Positions 38,396-47,508 of a DNA stretch of 64,000 nt are shown piece after piece (the first letter of the stretch is position 1; each line of letters opens with the position of its first letter). The position numbers and the translations under genes are program-made. The notes below the pieces were generated by a model. That model had not been told where the DNA came from and did no database searches. It saw only the letters and a program-made list of their open reading frames with translations. The DNA lies in the NCBI GenBank assembly GCA_039738635.1, contig JBCLLN010000001.1, positions 42,806-106,805 on the forward strand. The letters run 5' to 3'. The DNA comes from Candidatus Saccharimonadia bacterium. Its GTDB lineage: Bacteria; Patescibacteriota; Saccharimonadia; CAILAD01; BJGX01.

Positions 38396-39827
38396 CTATA
38401 ACCTCCCCGCCAAGTATGGCCATGGCTGAGCTAACTAGATCCTGGGTAGCATTTTCTGTGGTATGATTTGGGGTAGGCACAAGCTCGGTAACTAAATGCA
38501 TACTATGGCCATAGACCTTGCTAAAGGCTTTCTCAACTAGGCTGGTGTTATGAGCCTCAGAGACTCTGTCCTTATGGAAGCTAAAACGACACTTGACCCT
38601 AATCTCTGTGCCATTAACGCTCATTTCCGAGCCCATAAGTACGGCATAAAGTGAATTATTGTGGTTTTTTATTACACTGAGAGATTTAATCAGTTGCTCC
38701 TCTTGTTTAACGCTCGATGGTACTATAGTGGGCAATATGGGGCTAGCGGGGTGGGTGCCGACTGGTGAGATAACTCTGCTGGGTGTGGATTTTATCTGTT
38801 CTAACTCTGGGGCTAGCTTGAACGAGGTAGGAGCTAATAATGATTGGCTTGATCTGGCTAGCCCGACCTGCAAGACAAGCTGTGGTAGGCTGGAATGGCG
38901 CATATTTGCTTGAGCCCAATGTAGATTCTCGGCAGTTTGAATTAAAAAAGCACTATCATGGGTTTTGCCTTCTAATAAAAGAGCTTGGATGTGATCAAGC
39001 ATTTGTTGGGTTAGGAGTGAGGCATCGGCACCAATATTAAATAAATCCTGCAGTAAGGAAACTACTTTATTTATATCATGGCTTTTACTGGCATCAAATA
39101 TCTGCTCTATTCTGCTGGTGTCTTGAAGGCCAGTAAAATTAGCCAGTATATCAACGGTAATGGGCCCATCAAGAGTTGATATTTGATCTAGGAGGTTGAT
39201 GGCGTCCCTAAAACCACCTCGGCTGATTGTGGTGATTAGCTCTAGGGCGTTATCATCGATATCGATTTTTTCTTGCTTAGCAATATAGCGCAAATGCTTG
39301 GTCATAGCAGCAGGTGGAATGGACCTAAAGTCAAATCTCTGCGTTCTGGATATGATAGTTGCTGGGAGTTTATGGGCTTCAGTGGTAGCAAAAATAAAAA
39401 CCACATGAGCTGGAGGTTCTTCTAGTGTTTTGAGGAGGGCATTGAAGGCTGGGGTAGTGAGCATATGCACCTCATCAATAATATAAACCTTATACTCTAG
39501 CCTGGCTGGTAAAACTTGGACTTTTTCTCGGAGGCTTCTGATTTCGTCGATACCCCGATTACTAGCGCCATCTATCTCAATAATGTCCAAGTAGTCGGCT
39601 ATGACATCGTCCTTGCCTAGACCGTTGAGCTGTTTCGCGATAAGCCTGGCGATGGTTGTCTTACCTACTCCTCTTGGCCCAGTCAGTAGATAAGCATGGC
39701 TATGCTTGCCAGATGAAATTGCATTAGTAAGCGTGCCCACGACATGCTCCTGGCCGACTACTTGGGCAAATTCAGCCGAACGGTATTTGCGATATAGAGC
39801 CAAATTAGACAAAATTACCTCCCTCAT
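38388..39827 (-). CDS. dnaX: DNA polymerase III gamma/tau
   Basis: ALYRKYR, GPRGVGKTT, EIDGASN, IDEVHML, NALLKTLEEPP, SRTQRF. Confidence 0.95.
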   Translation of the reverse strand: MREVILSNLALYRKYRSAEFAQVVGQEHVVGTLTNAISSGKHSHAYLLTGPRGVGKTTIARLIAKQLNGLGKDDVIADYLDIIEIDGASNRGIDEIRSLREKVQVLPARLEYKVYIIDEVHMLTTPAFNALLKTLEEPPAHVVFIFATTEAHKLPATIISRTQRFDFRSIPPAAMTKHLRYIAKQEKIDIDDNALELITTISRGGFRDAINLLDQISTLDGPITVDILANFTGLQDTSRIEQIFDASKSHDINKVVSLLQDLFNIGADASLLTQQMLDHIQALLLEGKTHDSAFLIQTAENLHWAQANMRHSSLPQLVLQVGLARSSQSLLAPTSFKLAPELEQIKSTPSRVISPVGTHPASPILPTIVPSSVKQEEQLIKSLSVIKNHNNSLYAVLMGSEMSVNGTEIRVKCRFSFHKDRVSEAHNTSLVEKAFSKVYGHSMHLVTELVPTPNHTTENATQDLVSSAMAILGGEVIDG

Positions 39828-39870
39828 TCCATTTCATTATAGCTGATTAGAGAGCTATTTTATAGATAAA

Positions 39871-40413
39871 TTATACAGTAGAGATTAGAGCTTCAATAGC
39901 TGCCCAGGTGGCCTCGGAGTTGGCAGGGACTACAATGGTAACTTCATCGCCTGATTGAGCTTTAAAGTAGGTAACGCTAGCGTACAAGACTCGATATTGT
40001 CTATCGGCTACAACTGCTACATACTGGCCGTTTTCAAGCGACATCTTAGCAATTATTTTCTTTCGCTCCACAGGACCAATTTGCTTGTATATAAAGCTTC
40101 CATCTTGGGCGATAGTGAGCTTTAGGGTATCGCCTTCTACTAATTTGGATTTAGAGGCATAATTAGCGGGTACTGGATAAGCCTTAGAGTCAGGGCCAAT
40201 CATATTCTGACCATCAAACTGGCCTTCGATAATTTTACCTACCGAATCTTGGGAACCCGGCTGAACAATATTTTGTTTTTTAGGCTTGGGAAGATCGCTG
40301 GAGCTAATACCAAGTTTTTTAAGCTCACCTTCTACCTGCTTAATGGTATCCTGAGCCAATTGCATTTGTACTGCTAAATTTTGCAATACTTGTTGTTTAT
40401 CTTTATCCTTCAT
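39871..40413 (-). CDS. Conserved CPR hypothetical protein
   Basis: IEGQFDGQNM...YPVPANYASKSKLVEGD...YKQIGP pattern; in my recollection typically found downstream of rplL in CPR. Confidence 0.7.
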   Translation of the reverse strand: MKDKDKQQVLQNLAVQMQLAQDTIKQVEGELKKLGISSSDLPKPKKQNIVQPGSQDSVGKIIEGQFDGQNMIGPDSKAYPVPANYASKSKLVEGDTLKLTIAQDGSFIYKQIGPVERKKIIAKMSLENGQYVAVVADRQYRVLYASVTYFKAQSGDEVTIVVPANSEATWAAIEALISTV

Positions 40414-40567
40414 TTTGTTTGCCTACCTTACATAAATTACTTTTGCTAATAGTGTAGCAAAGAAAAGCCTAAATGCCAAACAAATGTAGTGGTTCACTTG
40501 CATCGTGGACACTTCACTCTCTAGTTTGGCCCTGTACTCGTCTGGTGTCAAATAGCCCAAAAGTAAC

Positions 40568-40604
40568 AGAGGGCTGTCCTCTATCTGGAAGAGGACAGTC
40601 CTCT
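40568..40604. repeat. Pair of family B palindromes (AGAGGGCTGTCCTCT / AGAGGACAGTCCTCT)
   Basis: Same core as in the 70-bp repeats at 22405/22806. Confidence 0.7.
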
Positions 40605-40611
40605 ATCTCTA

Positions 40612-40657
40612 CTACAACTATAAAAAAGACCCCGAAGGGTCTTTTTTATAGTTGTAG
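40612..40657 (-). terminator. Long perfect hairpin, terminator of rplJL
   Basis: 21-bp stem ctacaactataaaaaagaccc/gggtcttttttatagttgtag; UUCG loop on the minus strand. Confidence 0.8.
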
Positions 40658-40663
40658 CAATTA

Positions 40664-40761
40664 AGGGCTTACTGTAATTCTACAGTAGCGTCCTTCGACA
40701 CGTCTTCGACCGTGACCTCAGACCAAATCGGCTCAGGGCTTACTGTAATTCTACAGTAGCG
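40664..40761. repeat. 27-bp duplication of the rplL 3' end flanking a 44-bp insert
   Basis: agggcttactgtaattctacagtagcg at 40664..40690 and 40735..40761. Confidence 0.85.
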
Positions 40762-41219
40762 CCGGCTGCTTCAAGCTTTTTCTTGGCTTCTTCGGCTTCT
40801 ACGGCAGGGACATCTTCTTTGACCATTTTAGGGGCGCTGTCTACTACGGCCTTGCTTTCAGCTAAGCCAAGTCCAGATACTTCACGGACAGCCTTGATGG
40901 CATCAATTTTCTTCTCACCGGCAGCAATTAACATCACATTATACGAGCTCTTAGTTTCGGGGGCATCATCTTCGTCGCCTGTGGCCGGGCCAGTTTCGAC
41001 CACGGCTGCTGGAGCGCTCGCACTAACGCCAAAATGACCTTCTAAGACCTTAACTAATTCAGCTAGGTCAAGAACGCTTAACTCTGCGATTTGGTCAACT
41101 AGAGCCTTAAACTTTTTTGGTATAATTGTCTTTTCTTGCTTAGAATCCTCTGGCGCAGCAGAAGCTTCTTTCACGACCTCTTCTTTTGGTTGATCTTTCT
41201 TTGTAGTTTCCTCGGACAT
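40740..41219 (-). CDS. rplL: 50S ribosomal protein L7/L12
   Basis: LSVLDLAELVKVLE, KKIDAIKAVRE, GLAESKAVVDSAP, LEAAGATVEL; acidic N-terminal extension. Confidence 0.96.
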   Translation of the reverse strand: MSEETTKKDQPKEEVVKEASAAPEDSKQEKTIIPKKFKALVDQIAELSVLDLAELVKVLEGHFGVSASAPAAVVETGPATGDEDDAPETKSSYNVMLIAAGEKKIDAIKAVREVSGLGLAESKAVVDSAPKMVKEDVPAVEAEEAKKKLEAAGATVELQ

Positions 41220-41220
41220 T

Positions 41221-41751
41221 TTACGCTTTTCCTTTCTTTTCCTGAATGGCACCTAGGGCATACAGGAATTGGGTTATATTACCGTTTAATACTCTTACAA
41301 AACCACTAAGCGGGGCGGCAATTGTTCCTACAACTTGAGCGATTAGAACATCACGGCTGGGAAGCTTAGCTAGCTCCAAGACGACCTCACGGCTAAGAGT
41401 CTCGCCAGACTCATTGATCGCACCTAGGATATTAAGCTTTTGATTATCCTTGGCAAAATCTGCAATTATCTTGCAGGTTTGGGCTTCGTCATTACCAAAG
41501 GCGATGGCCATTGGGCCAGAGAATACCGATGTATCGGCATCCTTGAGATTGGTGTTAGCGATAGCAACTTTTATTAAGGTGTTTTTACTCACCTTATAGC
41601 TTATATCTGCCTCTCGCAAATTATTGCGCAATTGACTTATAGCTGAGACATTTAATCCTCGGTAGTCAGTCATAACGGCAATCTTACTAGCAGAAAAGGC
41701 CTCAGCTAGGGCAGCTACATCAGCTTCTTTTTGCTCACGCGTCTTTGCCAT
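41221..41751 (-). CDS. rplJ: 50S ribosomal protein L10
   Basis: DYRGLNV, KVSKNTL, GPMAIAF, LAKLPSR. Confidence 0.96.
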   Translation of the reverse strand: MAKTREQKEADVAALAEAFSASKIAVMTDYRGLNVSAISQLRNNLREADISYKVSKNTLIKVAIANTNLKDADTSVFSGPMAIAFGNDEAQTCKIIADFAKDNQKLNILGAINESGETLSREVVLELAKLPSRDVLIAQVVGTIAAPLSGFVRVLNGNITQFLYALGAIQEKKGKA

Positions 41752-41964
41752 AGGCTCTCTCCAATACTTTTTAGTTAATGTGCTTGATTACCAAACAAAA
41801 AAATCTTTGGACTAAGCCAAAGAATCTAAAGTTTGAAAATCTATTTAAAAGATTTGTAACCTCTTGCTAGCAAATTTAAGTCTTTTGAACTGCTACAGTC
41901 TTTGGTAATCAAGAATAATTCTAACAGATATGCATAAATATATCAAGCTATTGCTAGGTAGCCT

Positions 41965-43215
41965 CTATTCGTACCACCAAGCCAGGCTTGTTGCTAGCTT
42001 ACTGGAATAGTCTTGGAGTGCGCTAGAATCTATCTTGCCAAGGATAGCTTCGGCTAATACTTGGCCCAAACCGTTGGCCTGCGCAATACTTAATCCACGG
42101 CTAGTGAGGGCTGGCATACCTAGCCTTAGGCCACCTGGCTTCCATGGCGACTTAACATCGTTGGGTATGGCATTGCGGTTGGTGATGACCCCACAGGACT
42201 CTAGCCTCTGTTGAAGCTCCAAGCTATCAACATTCTCTGGCAACTTACAAAGGGTAAGGTGGTTTTGTGACTTAGCAGTAAGCTCTACTCCCCCACCCAC
42301 CAAGCCATCTTCTAGCGCGCGAGTATTAGCCAGAACGCTTGCAATATAATTTTTAAAGGGTAGCTTATCTGGGTATTTGTCCTGATTGAGAGCCTCAAGT
42401 AAGCACTGCCCTACGGCGGCTATTTGATTCAGATGCGGACCCCCGCTTGTTCCTGGGAAGACAGTCTTATTGATAGCAGAGATATGGTCATTCTTAGCGA
42501 ACAATAATGCTGATCTGGGACCTCTAAGAGTTTTGTGGGTGGTGGTGGTCACAAAGTCCGCTCCGCTATCACCGCTAACAAATGGACTGCTGTGCTCCCC
42601 TACCGCTACCAAGCCTGCGATGTGCGCGATATCAGCTAGCACCAAGCAACCGTGCCGATGAGCAATTTGGCAGTATTGCTCAAATTCATACTTTCTGGGG
42701 TATGAAGAAAATCCCAGTACCACTAGCTTAGGTTTGTATTCTAGAATTTTTTTATTAAAATCATCAACATCTAGCTCGTAGCCATCTGGGCCACGGCTAA
42801 GATGATAGGATTGGTGCTTAAAAAATTTTAGGTAACTGCTGGTGGAATGTAGGTGGCTAAGATGCCCTCCACTAGCCAAATCAAGGCTTAGAACCGTATC
42901 GCCTAGATTTAGGACCGTCAAATAAACCATTGCATTGGCTGGGCTACCCGATAAAACCTGGACATTCACTCTGTATTCACCAGTTGGGTCAAAGAGTTCT
43001 AACGCTCTAGATTGCACAAACTCCTCCAACTCATCTGATAAAACATTGCCCGCATAGTAGCGCTGGCCAGGATAACCTTCGGCATATTTATCATTCCAGA
43101 TAGATCCCAGTAGGCTTAGTACTTTAGGGCTAGGGTAATTCTCTGAGGCAATCAGATTAAGGCTATTTTTCTGACGCTGTGACTCGGCTTGAGTTAATTC
43201 AAATATTTTGTTCAT
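41965..43215 (-). CDS. glyA: Serine hydroxymethyltransferase
   Basis: LIASEN, KYAEGYPG, GGHLSH, DIAHIAGL, TTTTHKTLRGPR. Confidence 0.96.
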   Translation of the reverse strand: MNKIFELTQAESQRQKNSLNLIASENYPSPKVLSLLGSIWNDKYAEGYPGQRYYAGNVLSDELEEFVQSRALELFDPTGEYRVNVQVLSGSPANAMVYLTVLNLGDTVLSLDLASGGHLSHLHSTSSYLKFFKHQSYHLSRGPDGYELDVDDFNKKILEYKPKLVVLGFSSYPRKYEFEQYCQIAHRHGCLVLADIAHIAGLVAVGEHSSPFVSGDSGADFVTTTTHKTLRGPRSALLFAKNDHISAINKTVFPGTSGGPHLNQIAAVGQCLLEALNQDKYPDKLPFKNYIASVLANTRALEDGLVGGGVELTAKSQNHLTLCKLPENVDSLELQQRLESCGVITNRNAIPNDVKSPWKPGGLRLGMPALTSRGLSIAQANGLGQVLAEAILGKIDSSALQDYSSKLATSLAWWYE

Positions 43216-43317
43216 AAGTTTATATTATACATCAAAATAATTATAGCCCTCAGATATTCCGAAGGCTATAAATAAATTGCTTTAAGTAGAATCAATCTTT
43301 TAAAAGATAACTAATGA

Positions 43318-45105
43318 TTACTTATCTTTAGATCTTTTTATGCTTAAGCGCTGTTCGGACGCGGCCCGACTAAGGCCATACGCGTTATGATCAACATAAC
43401 TCATGGCATTGCCAATAACCGGATCTACGGCACAAACTAACTTGTGCATTTGCTGGCCCACTTTGCGATATGCGGGGTGGCCATCTCGGCCGGTGCGCAG
43501 TTCCAGCATAAACATCAACGCCCTGGCGTTAATATTCATTATTACTCGCATCCGATATGCCAAGCAAGTGACATACTGGGCTGATAGCGGGTAGTCTGGC
43601 GAAAGTAACATGTATAGCATGCGGCTAAGATCCATAGCTTGCTTATAAAGCACAGTTTGACCCATGTCCTCAATGACTGGAGACATTGTCCACCCTAGCG
43701 ATGGTCCAACTTCCCCCCACTCCATAGTCAGTAGACGGTGGCGTTTCCAGTCACGCATAATGCCAAAGTCAATTAACATATCAAAAGAGTAAGTGGCATG
43801 TTCAAAAGCTCTTCCAGGCTTCCACCGACGGTTGCCGGTGGCGCTATCAAAGCTTCCACGGTCGCCACAATAGGCAGTTACCAGCCGCTCTTGAGCTTGT
43901 GGGCCAATACTATTGGCTAGCTCACGGCTCTCAAAAAAGGTTTGATTTGTCGAGCTTTGCTCAAAAATGATAGCCGAAGCTACCTTGAGTAGGTTGTCTG
44001 GATCGCTCCAGCCTAGCGCTACCTCATTATCACTTAGCTCGGCTCTGCTAGTGCCAGTGGCTTTAGTGTTTTGCTTTTCATAAGCACCTACCAGCTCTTT
44101 GACGCTAGCCCGAGTATCTCTTTTATATTTAATCCATTCAAGACCCTTTTTAGGGTCATCAACTTGATTAAAAAATGCCGGAGATGCATCAGGATGGCGA
44201 AGCTCGGTAAGCGCCAATAGGCCGATAGCTCTGGCCTCTGGAAGACCGGAGCTCATGAGCCGTCGAAGCATATTAGCGGCTGCTTGAGCACTGCCATAAA
44301 AGCCAACATTACTAACAATGCCAGCAGGCAGAATAGGCCGAACTGCATCCAGAGCCTGGGCTTTAATTGAAGCTTGGTAGGCCCTGTTATCTCCATCAAA
44401 TTCACTTCTGGGATTTTGGGTCTGGAAGTACTCTTTGGCATGCTCGAGCATCTGTTGGTAGATACCAAACAACTGATCCATTGCTTGGCAATAGTGCTTA
44501 CCATGACGCCCGTCCAAAATACTAGAAGGTAGGTAGTAGCGGAAACGGCCATCGGCCATAGCTAACGAGTAATCAATATAGCGAGTGGACTGCTCAAGAT
44601 AAGCAGCCAGCCTTCCCCTCTCAATTTCATTGATTACAATATTACTTACCTGCTCAAAGACAATATGTACTCCACCAATCTGGCTCACCGAATCGTCCCC
44701 GTACTCATCAAAAATCCGCCGATAAAGATTCTCGGCATGGTCCGTTGAAAAGATAGGGTCTTGAGATTCCCTAGCCAAGGTTTTGGCTATATAGTAAAAA
44801 CAGCTTGATGGATTGTCTTCCCAAGCTTTTTCAGCTTCGGTTTGCGAGATAAATTTAGCCATGCATGATATGGCTATCTCCTTTCTTGCTACAAACTCAT
44901 CTAAGAAAAGTCGCCTGGTACTCTTAGGGCTCCGTGAATATCGAGCAAAAAGCGCTCCTATCAGTATCTGGGGCAAGTTAATGGGGCAAAACACTGGCCC
45001 ATCGATATTGGTGAAGTACTGACGAAGGATATATGCTTCATTCTCGGTAAAGCTCTCCACCACATACACACTGCCGGAGTTGGGGATGGCCATGAATTGC
45101 TCCAT
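43318..45105 (-). CDS. thyX: FAD-dependent thymidylate synthase, tandem-domain type
   Basis: ALFARYSRS, YGDDSV, YLEQSTRY, RDWKRHR, ELRT...GHPAYR. Confidence 0.88.
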   Translation of the reverse strand: MEQFMAIPNSGSVYVVESFTENEAYILRQYFTNIDGPVFCPINLPQILIGALFARYSRSPKSTRRLFLDEFVARKEIAISCMAKFISQTEAEKAWEDNPSSCFYYIAKTLARESQDPIFSTDHAENLYRRIFDEYGDDSVSQIGGVHIVFEQVSNIVINEIERGRLAAYLEQSTRYIDYSLAMADGRFRYYLPSSILDGRHGKHYCQAMDQLFGIYQQMLEHAKEYFQTQNPRSEFDGDNRAYQASIKAQALDAVRPILPAGIVSNVGFYGSAQAAANMLRRLMSSGLPEARAIGLLALTELRHPDASPAFFNQVDDPKKGLEWIKYKRDTRASVKELVGAYEKQNTKATGTSRAELSDNEVALGWSDPDNLLKVASAIIFEQSSTNQTFFESRELANSIGPQAQERLVTAYCGDRGSFDSATGNRRWKPGRAFEHATYSFDMLIDFGIMRDWKRHRLLTMEWGEVGPSLGWTMSPVIEDMGQTVLYKQAMDLSRMLYMLLSPDYPLSAQYVTCLAYRMRVIMNINARALMFMLELRTGRDGHPAYRKVGQQMHKLVCAVDPVIGNAMSYVDHNAYGLSRAASEQRLSIKRSKDK

Positions 45106-45221
45106 ATCTACTAGGTAATATTGAATTATGAAGGTTCTTTAAAGCCAAAAATATTGTAGTCTTATTATGGATTAAATAAAACCATTAGAACTACTAAGAT
45201 AATGCTTTCGTTGCAATACTA

Positions 45222-46196
45222 CTATTGCTTGGCAGTCTTAACGGCTTCACTGCGATCTAGCTTAATACTAGGGCTCATTGAGGAACTAAGGAACATATTC
45301 CTTATAAAGACACCCTTAACGCCACTGGGTTTAGCAGACGATAAAGACTTAATGGCAGACTTGGCATTAGTAAATAGATCCTCGGACTTAAAGCTCAACT
45401 TTCCGATAGATATATGAACCACGCCATTGGCATCATTTTTGATCTCTATTTTGCCTTGCTTGAATTCTTCGACTGCGTGGGCTGGATCAGTGGTAACTGT
45501 GCCATTTTTGGGTGATGGCATAAGCCCCTTTGGGCCAAGTACCTTGGCTAGCTTACCTAGTTCGCCCATTTTTTCGGGGGTAGCAATTAATACATCAAAG
45601 TTGAATTTTTCCTGAGTGATTTGACTGATGATAGCTTCGGCGTCATACATATCAGCCCCTGAAGCTTTAGCGGCCTCTGCCTCTGGCTCGGCTGCTACTA
45701 CGGCCACCTTAAGAACCTTTCCGGTCCCCGCTGGCAATATTGAGTTGGTGCGGACTATCTGGTCGGCCTGGCGAGGATCGATATTAAGAGTAATGTGCAA
45801 TTCTGCGGTGGCATCAAACTTGACAGAAGATATTTGAGGCAATAGCTCGATGGCTTCCTTAAGTGGATATAGTTTGTCCTTTGAGATAAGTTCTCTGGCT
45901 ACTTTTTGATTCTTGGTATACCTTATAACTCGAGGTTTTTGAATTGGCTTGGGGGCTTCAATGGCCTTTTTAGCTTCTACCTTTTTGGCTTGTCTTGCTT
46001 CTTCCTTGAGCACCTCAGCCTTGACCTTGGCGCTACGCTTACCAGCCTTGGCTACGGCTGTATCCTCAAGGGCTTCGTCTGCTTTGGGTTGAACTATTTC
46101 AGCTTCAGGTTGAGCTATTGCTGGTTTAGATGATACTTTTTTTGTTAGCTTTTTTGGTTTGATATCATTTGACGATTGTTGCTTATCTTTTGGCAT
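45222..46196 (-). CDS. rplA: 50S ribosomal protein L1 with N-terminal extension
   Basis: KFDATAE, DPRQADQ, LGPKGLMPSPK, GKLSF. Confidence 0.95.
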   Translation of the reverse strand: MPKDKQQSSNDIKPKKLTKKVSSKPAIAQPEAEIVQPKADEALEDTAVAKAGKRSAKVKAEVLKEEARQAKKVEAKKAIEAPKPIQKPRVIRYTKNQKVARELISKDKLYPLKEAIELLPQISSVKFDATAELHITLNIDPRQADQIVRTNSILPAGTGKVLKVAVVAAEPEAEAAKASGADMYDAEAIISQITQEKFNFDVLIATPEKMGELGKLAKVLGPKGLMPSPKNGTVTTDPAHAVEEFKQGKIEIKNDANGVVHISIGKLSFKSEDLFTNAKSAIKSLSSAKPSGVKGVFIRNMFLSSSMSPSIKLDRSEAVKTAKQ

Positions 46197-46204
46197 TACT
46201 ACTC

Positions 46205-46246
46205 TTTCCGTGGTGCAAACCCGTTCGACTACGCTCACGGTCCCAC
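46205..46246 (-). promoter_or_regulatory. Putative L1-binding leader hairpin between rplK and rplA
   Basis: Minus strand GTGGGA...CACCAC closing stem with an internal ccgtgagcgtagtcgaacgg hairpin. Confidence 0.45.
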
Positions 46247-46259
46247 AAAATTAAAATTA

Positions 46260-46691
46260 TTATTCTACTTCTACTCCCATGGAACGAGCTGTTCCGGCAA
46301 TTATCTTTTTGGCGGCCTCAACATCGTTGGTATTAAGATCGGGAATTTTCTTTTCTGCGATCTCGGTCAGCTGAGTCTGTGTTAATTTACCAACCTTATC
46401 TTTATTAGGAACTCCTGAGGCTTTTTTAAGCTTTAGGGCTTCTTTGATGAGTGTTTTGGTGGGAGTTCCCTTAATAACAAAACTCATTGATTTATCAGCA
46501 TAAATAGTTACTAAAACTGGTGTTGGCTGCCCTTTACGGTCTTGTGTCTGCTCGTTAAATGGATTAATAAAGTCCATCATATTAACCCCGTGTTGTCCAA
46601 GTGAGGACCCAACAGGTGGAGCTGGTGTGGCTTGGCCTCCCATAATTATCATTTTGACTCTAGCGTGTGGTTTTTTTGCTTCTTTTGCCAT
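46260..46691 (-). CDS. rplK: 50S ribosomal protein L11
   Basis: GQATPAPPVGSSLGQHG, IAGTARSMG. Confidence 0.97.
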   Translation of the reverse strand: MAKEAKKPHARVKMIIMGGQATPAPPVGSSLGQHGVNMMDFINPFNEQTQDRKGQPTPVLVTIYADKSMSFVIKGTPTKTLIKEALKLKKASGVPNKDKVGKLTQTQLTEIAEKKIPDLNTNDVEAAKKIIAGTARSMGVEVE

Positions 46692-46704
46692 AATAATTCC
46701 CTTC

Positions 46705-47238
46705 CTAAATCCTCTTTACCTGAAGTGAATCAAGCTCCACCGGAGTTTCTCTTCCAAACATACTAACTAAGACCTTGATCTTGCCTTTTTGTTCGTCTAT
46801 TTCATTGACCTGCCCATCAAAACCCTTAAATGGTCCGTCGATAATATTAACAACTTCATCAATCTTGAAATCAATACTGTATTTTGGCTCGTCAATGCCC
46901 ATCCGGCGTTGAATTGATTTAACTTCATCATCACCCAGTGGCGATGGTGCGGTGCTGGTACCAACAAAACCCGTCACATTTGGTGTGTTGCGTACCATGA
47001 ACCATGAATCCTCGGTGATGACCATATGGATCATTATATATCCGGGGAATATCTTGCGCTCTACGGTGCGACGGTGCCCATTTTTAATTTCAATTTGCTT
47101 TTCCTTGGGTACAATAATATCAAAAATCTTGTCTTTCATGTCTAGGGATTCAATTCGTTGACGCAAAGCATCGGCTACTTGATCTTCATATCCAGAGTAG
47201 GTGTGTATAACAAACCAATTTTTTTGTTCTGTAGGCAT
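46705..47238 (-). CDS. nusG: Transcription elongation factor NusG
   Basis: WFVIHTYSGYE, FPGY, VRNTPNVTGF, KOW DGPF, MFGRETPVEL. Confidence 0.97.
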   Translation of the reverse strand: MPTEQKNWFVIHTYSGYEDQVADALRQRIESLDMKDKIFDIIVPKEKQIEIKNGHRRTVERKIFPGYIMIHMVITEDSWFMVRNTPNVTGFVGTSTAPSPLGDDEVKSIQRRMGIDEPKYSIDFKIDEVVNIIDGPFKGFDGQVNEIDEQKGKIKVLVSMFGRETPVELDSLQVKRI

Positions 47239-47429
47239 TATGGAATCCTTAAAATTAATGTTTTGAGGACGGTTCTCCAGATAGTATCAAGGCCTGCTAA
47301 AATTACGCCCAGAATAAGTGAGGCAATAATTATCAAAACCGTAAGCTGCAAGGCCTGTTTTTTGGTGGGCCAAACTACTTTTTGCATTTCTGCAACTGAG
47401 TTCTTGATGTAGGTGGTAAATCCGCGCAT
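47238..47429 (-). CDS. secE: Preprotein translocase SecE
   Basis: EMQKVVWPT plus one TM, directly upstream of nusG. Confidence 0.93.
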   Translation of the reverse strand: MRGFTTYIKNSVAEMQKVVWPTKKQALQLTVLIIIASLILGVILAGLDTIWRTVLKTLILRIP

Positions 47430-47508
47430 AAATTGTATTTAATCTAAAAAAGCCTTTTTTCGGCCTTTTGTTTATTCTACCTAATAAATATGCCCGTTGT
47501 CAATGATT

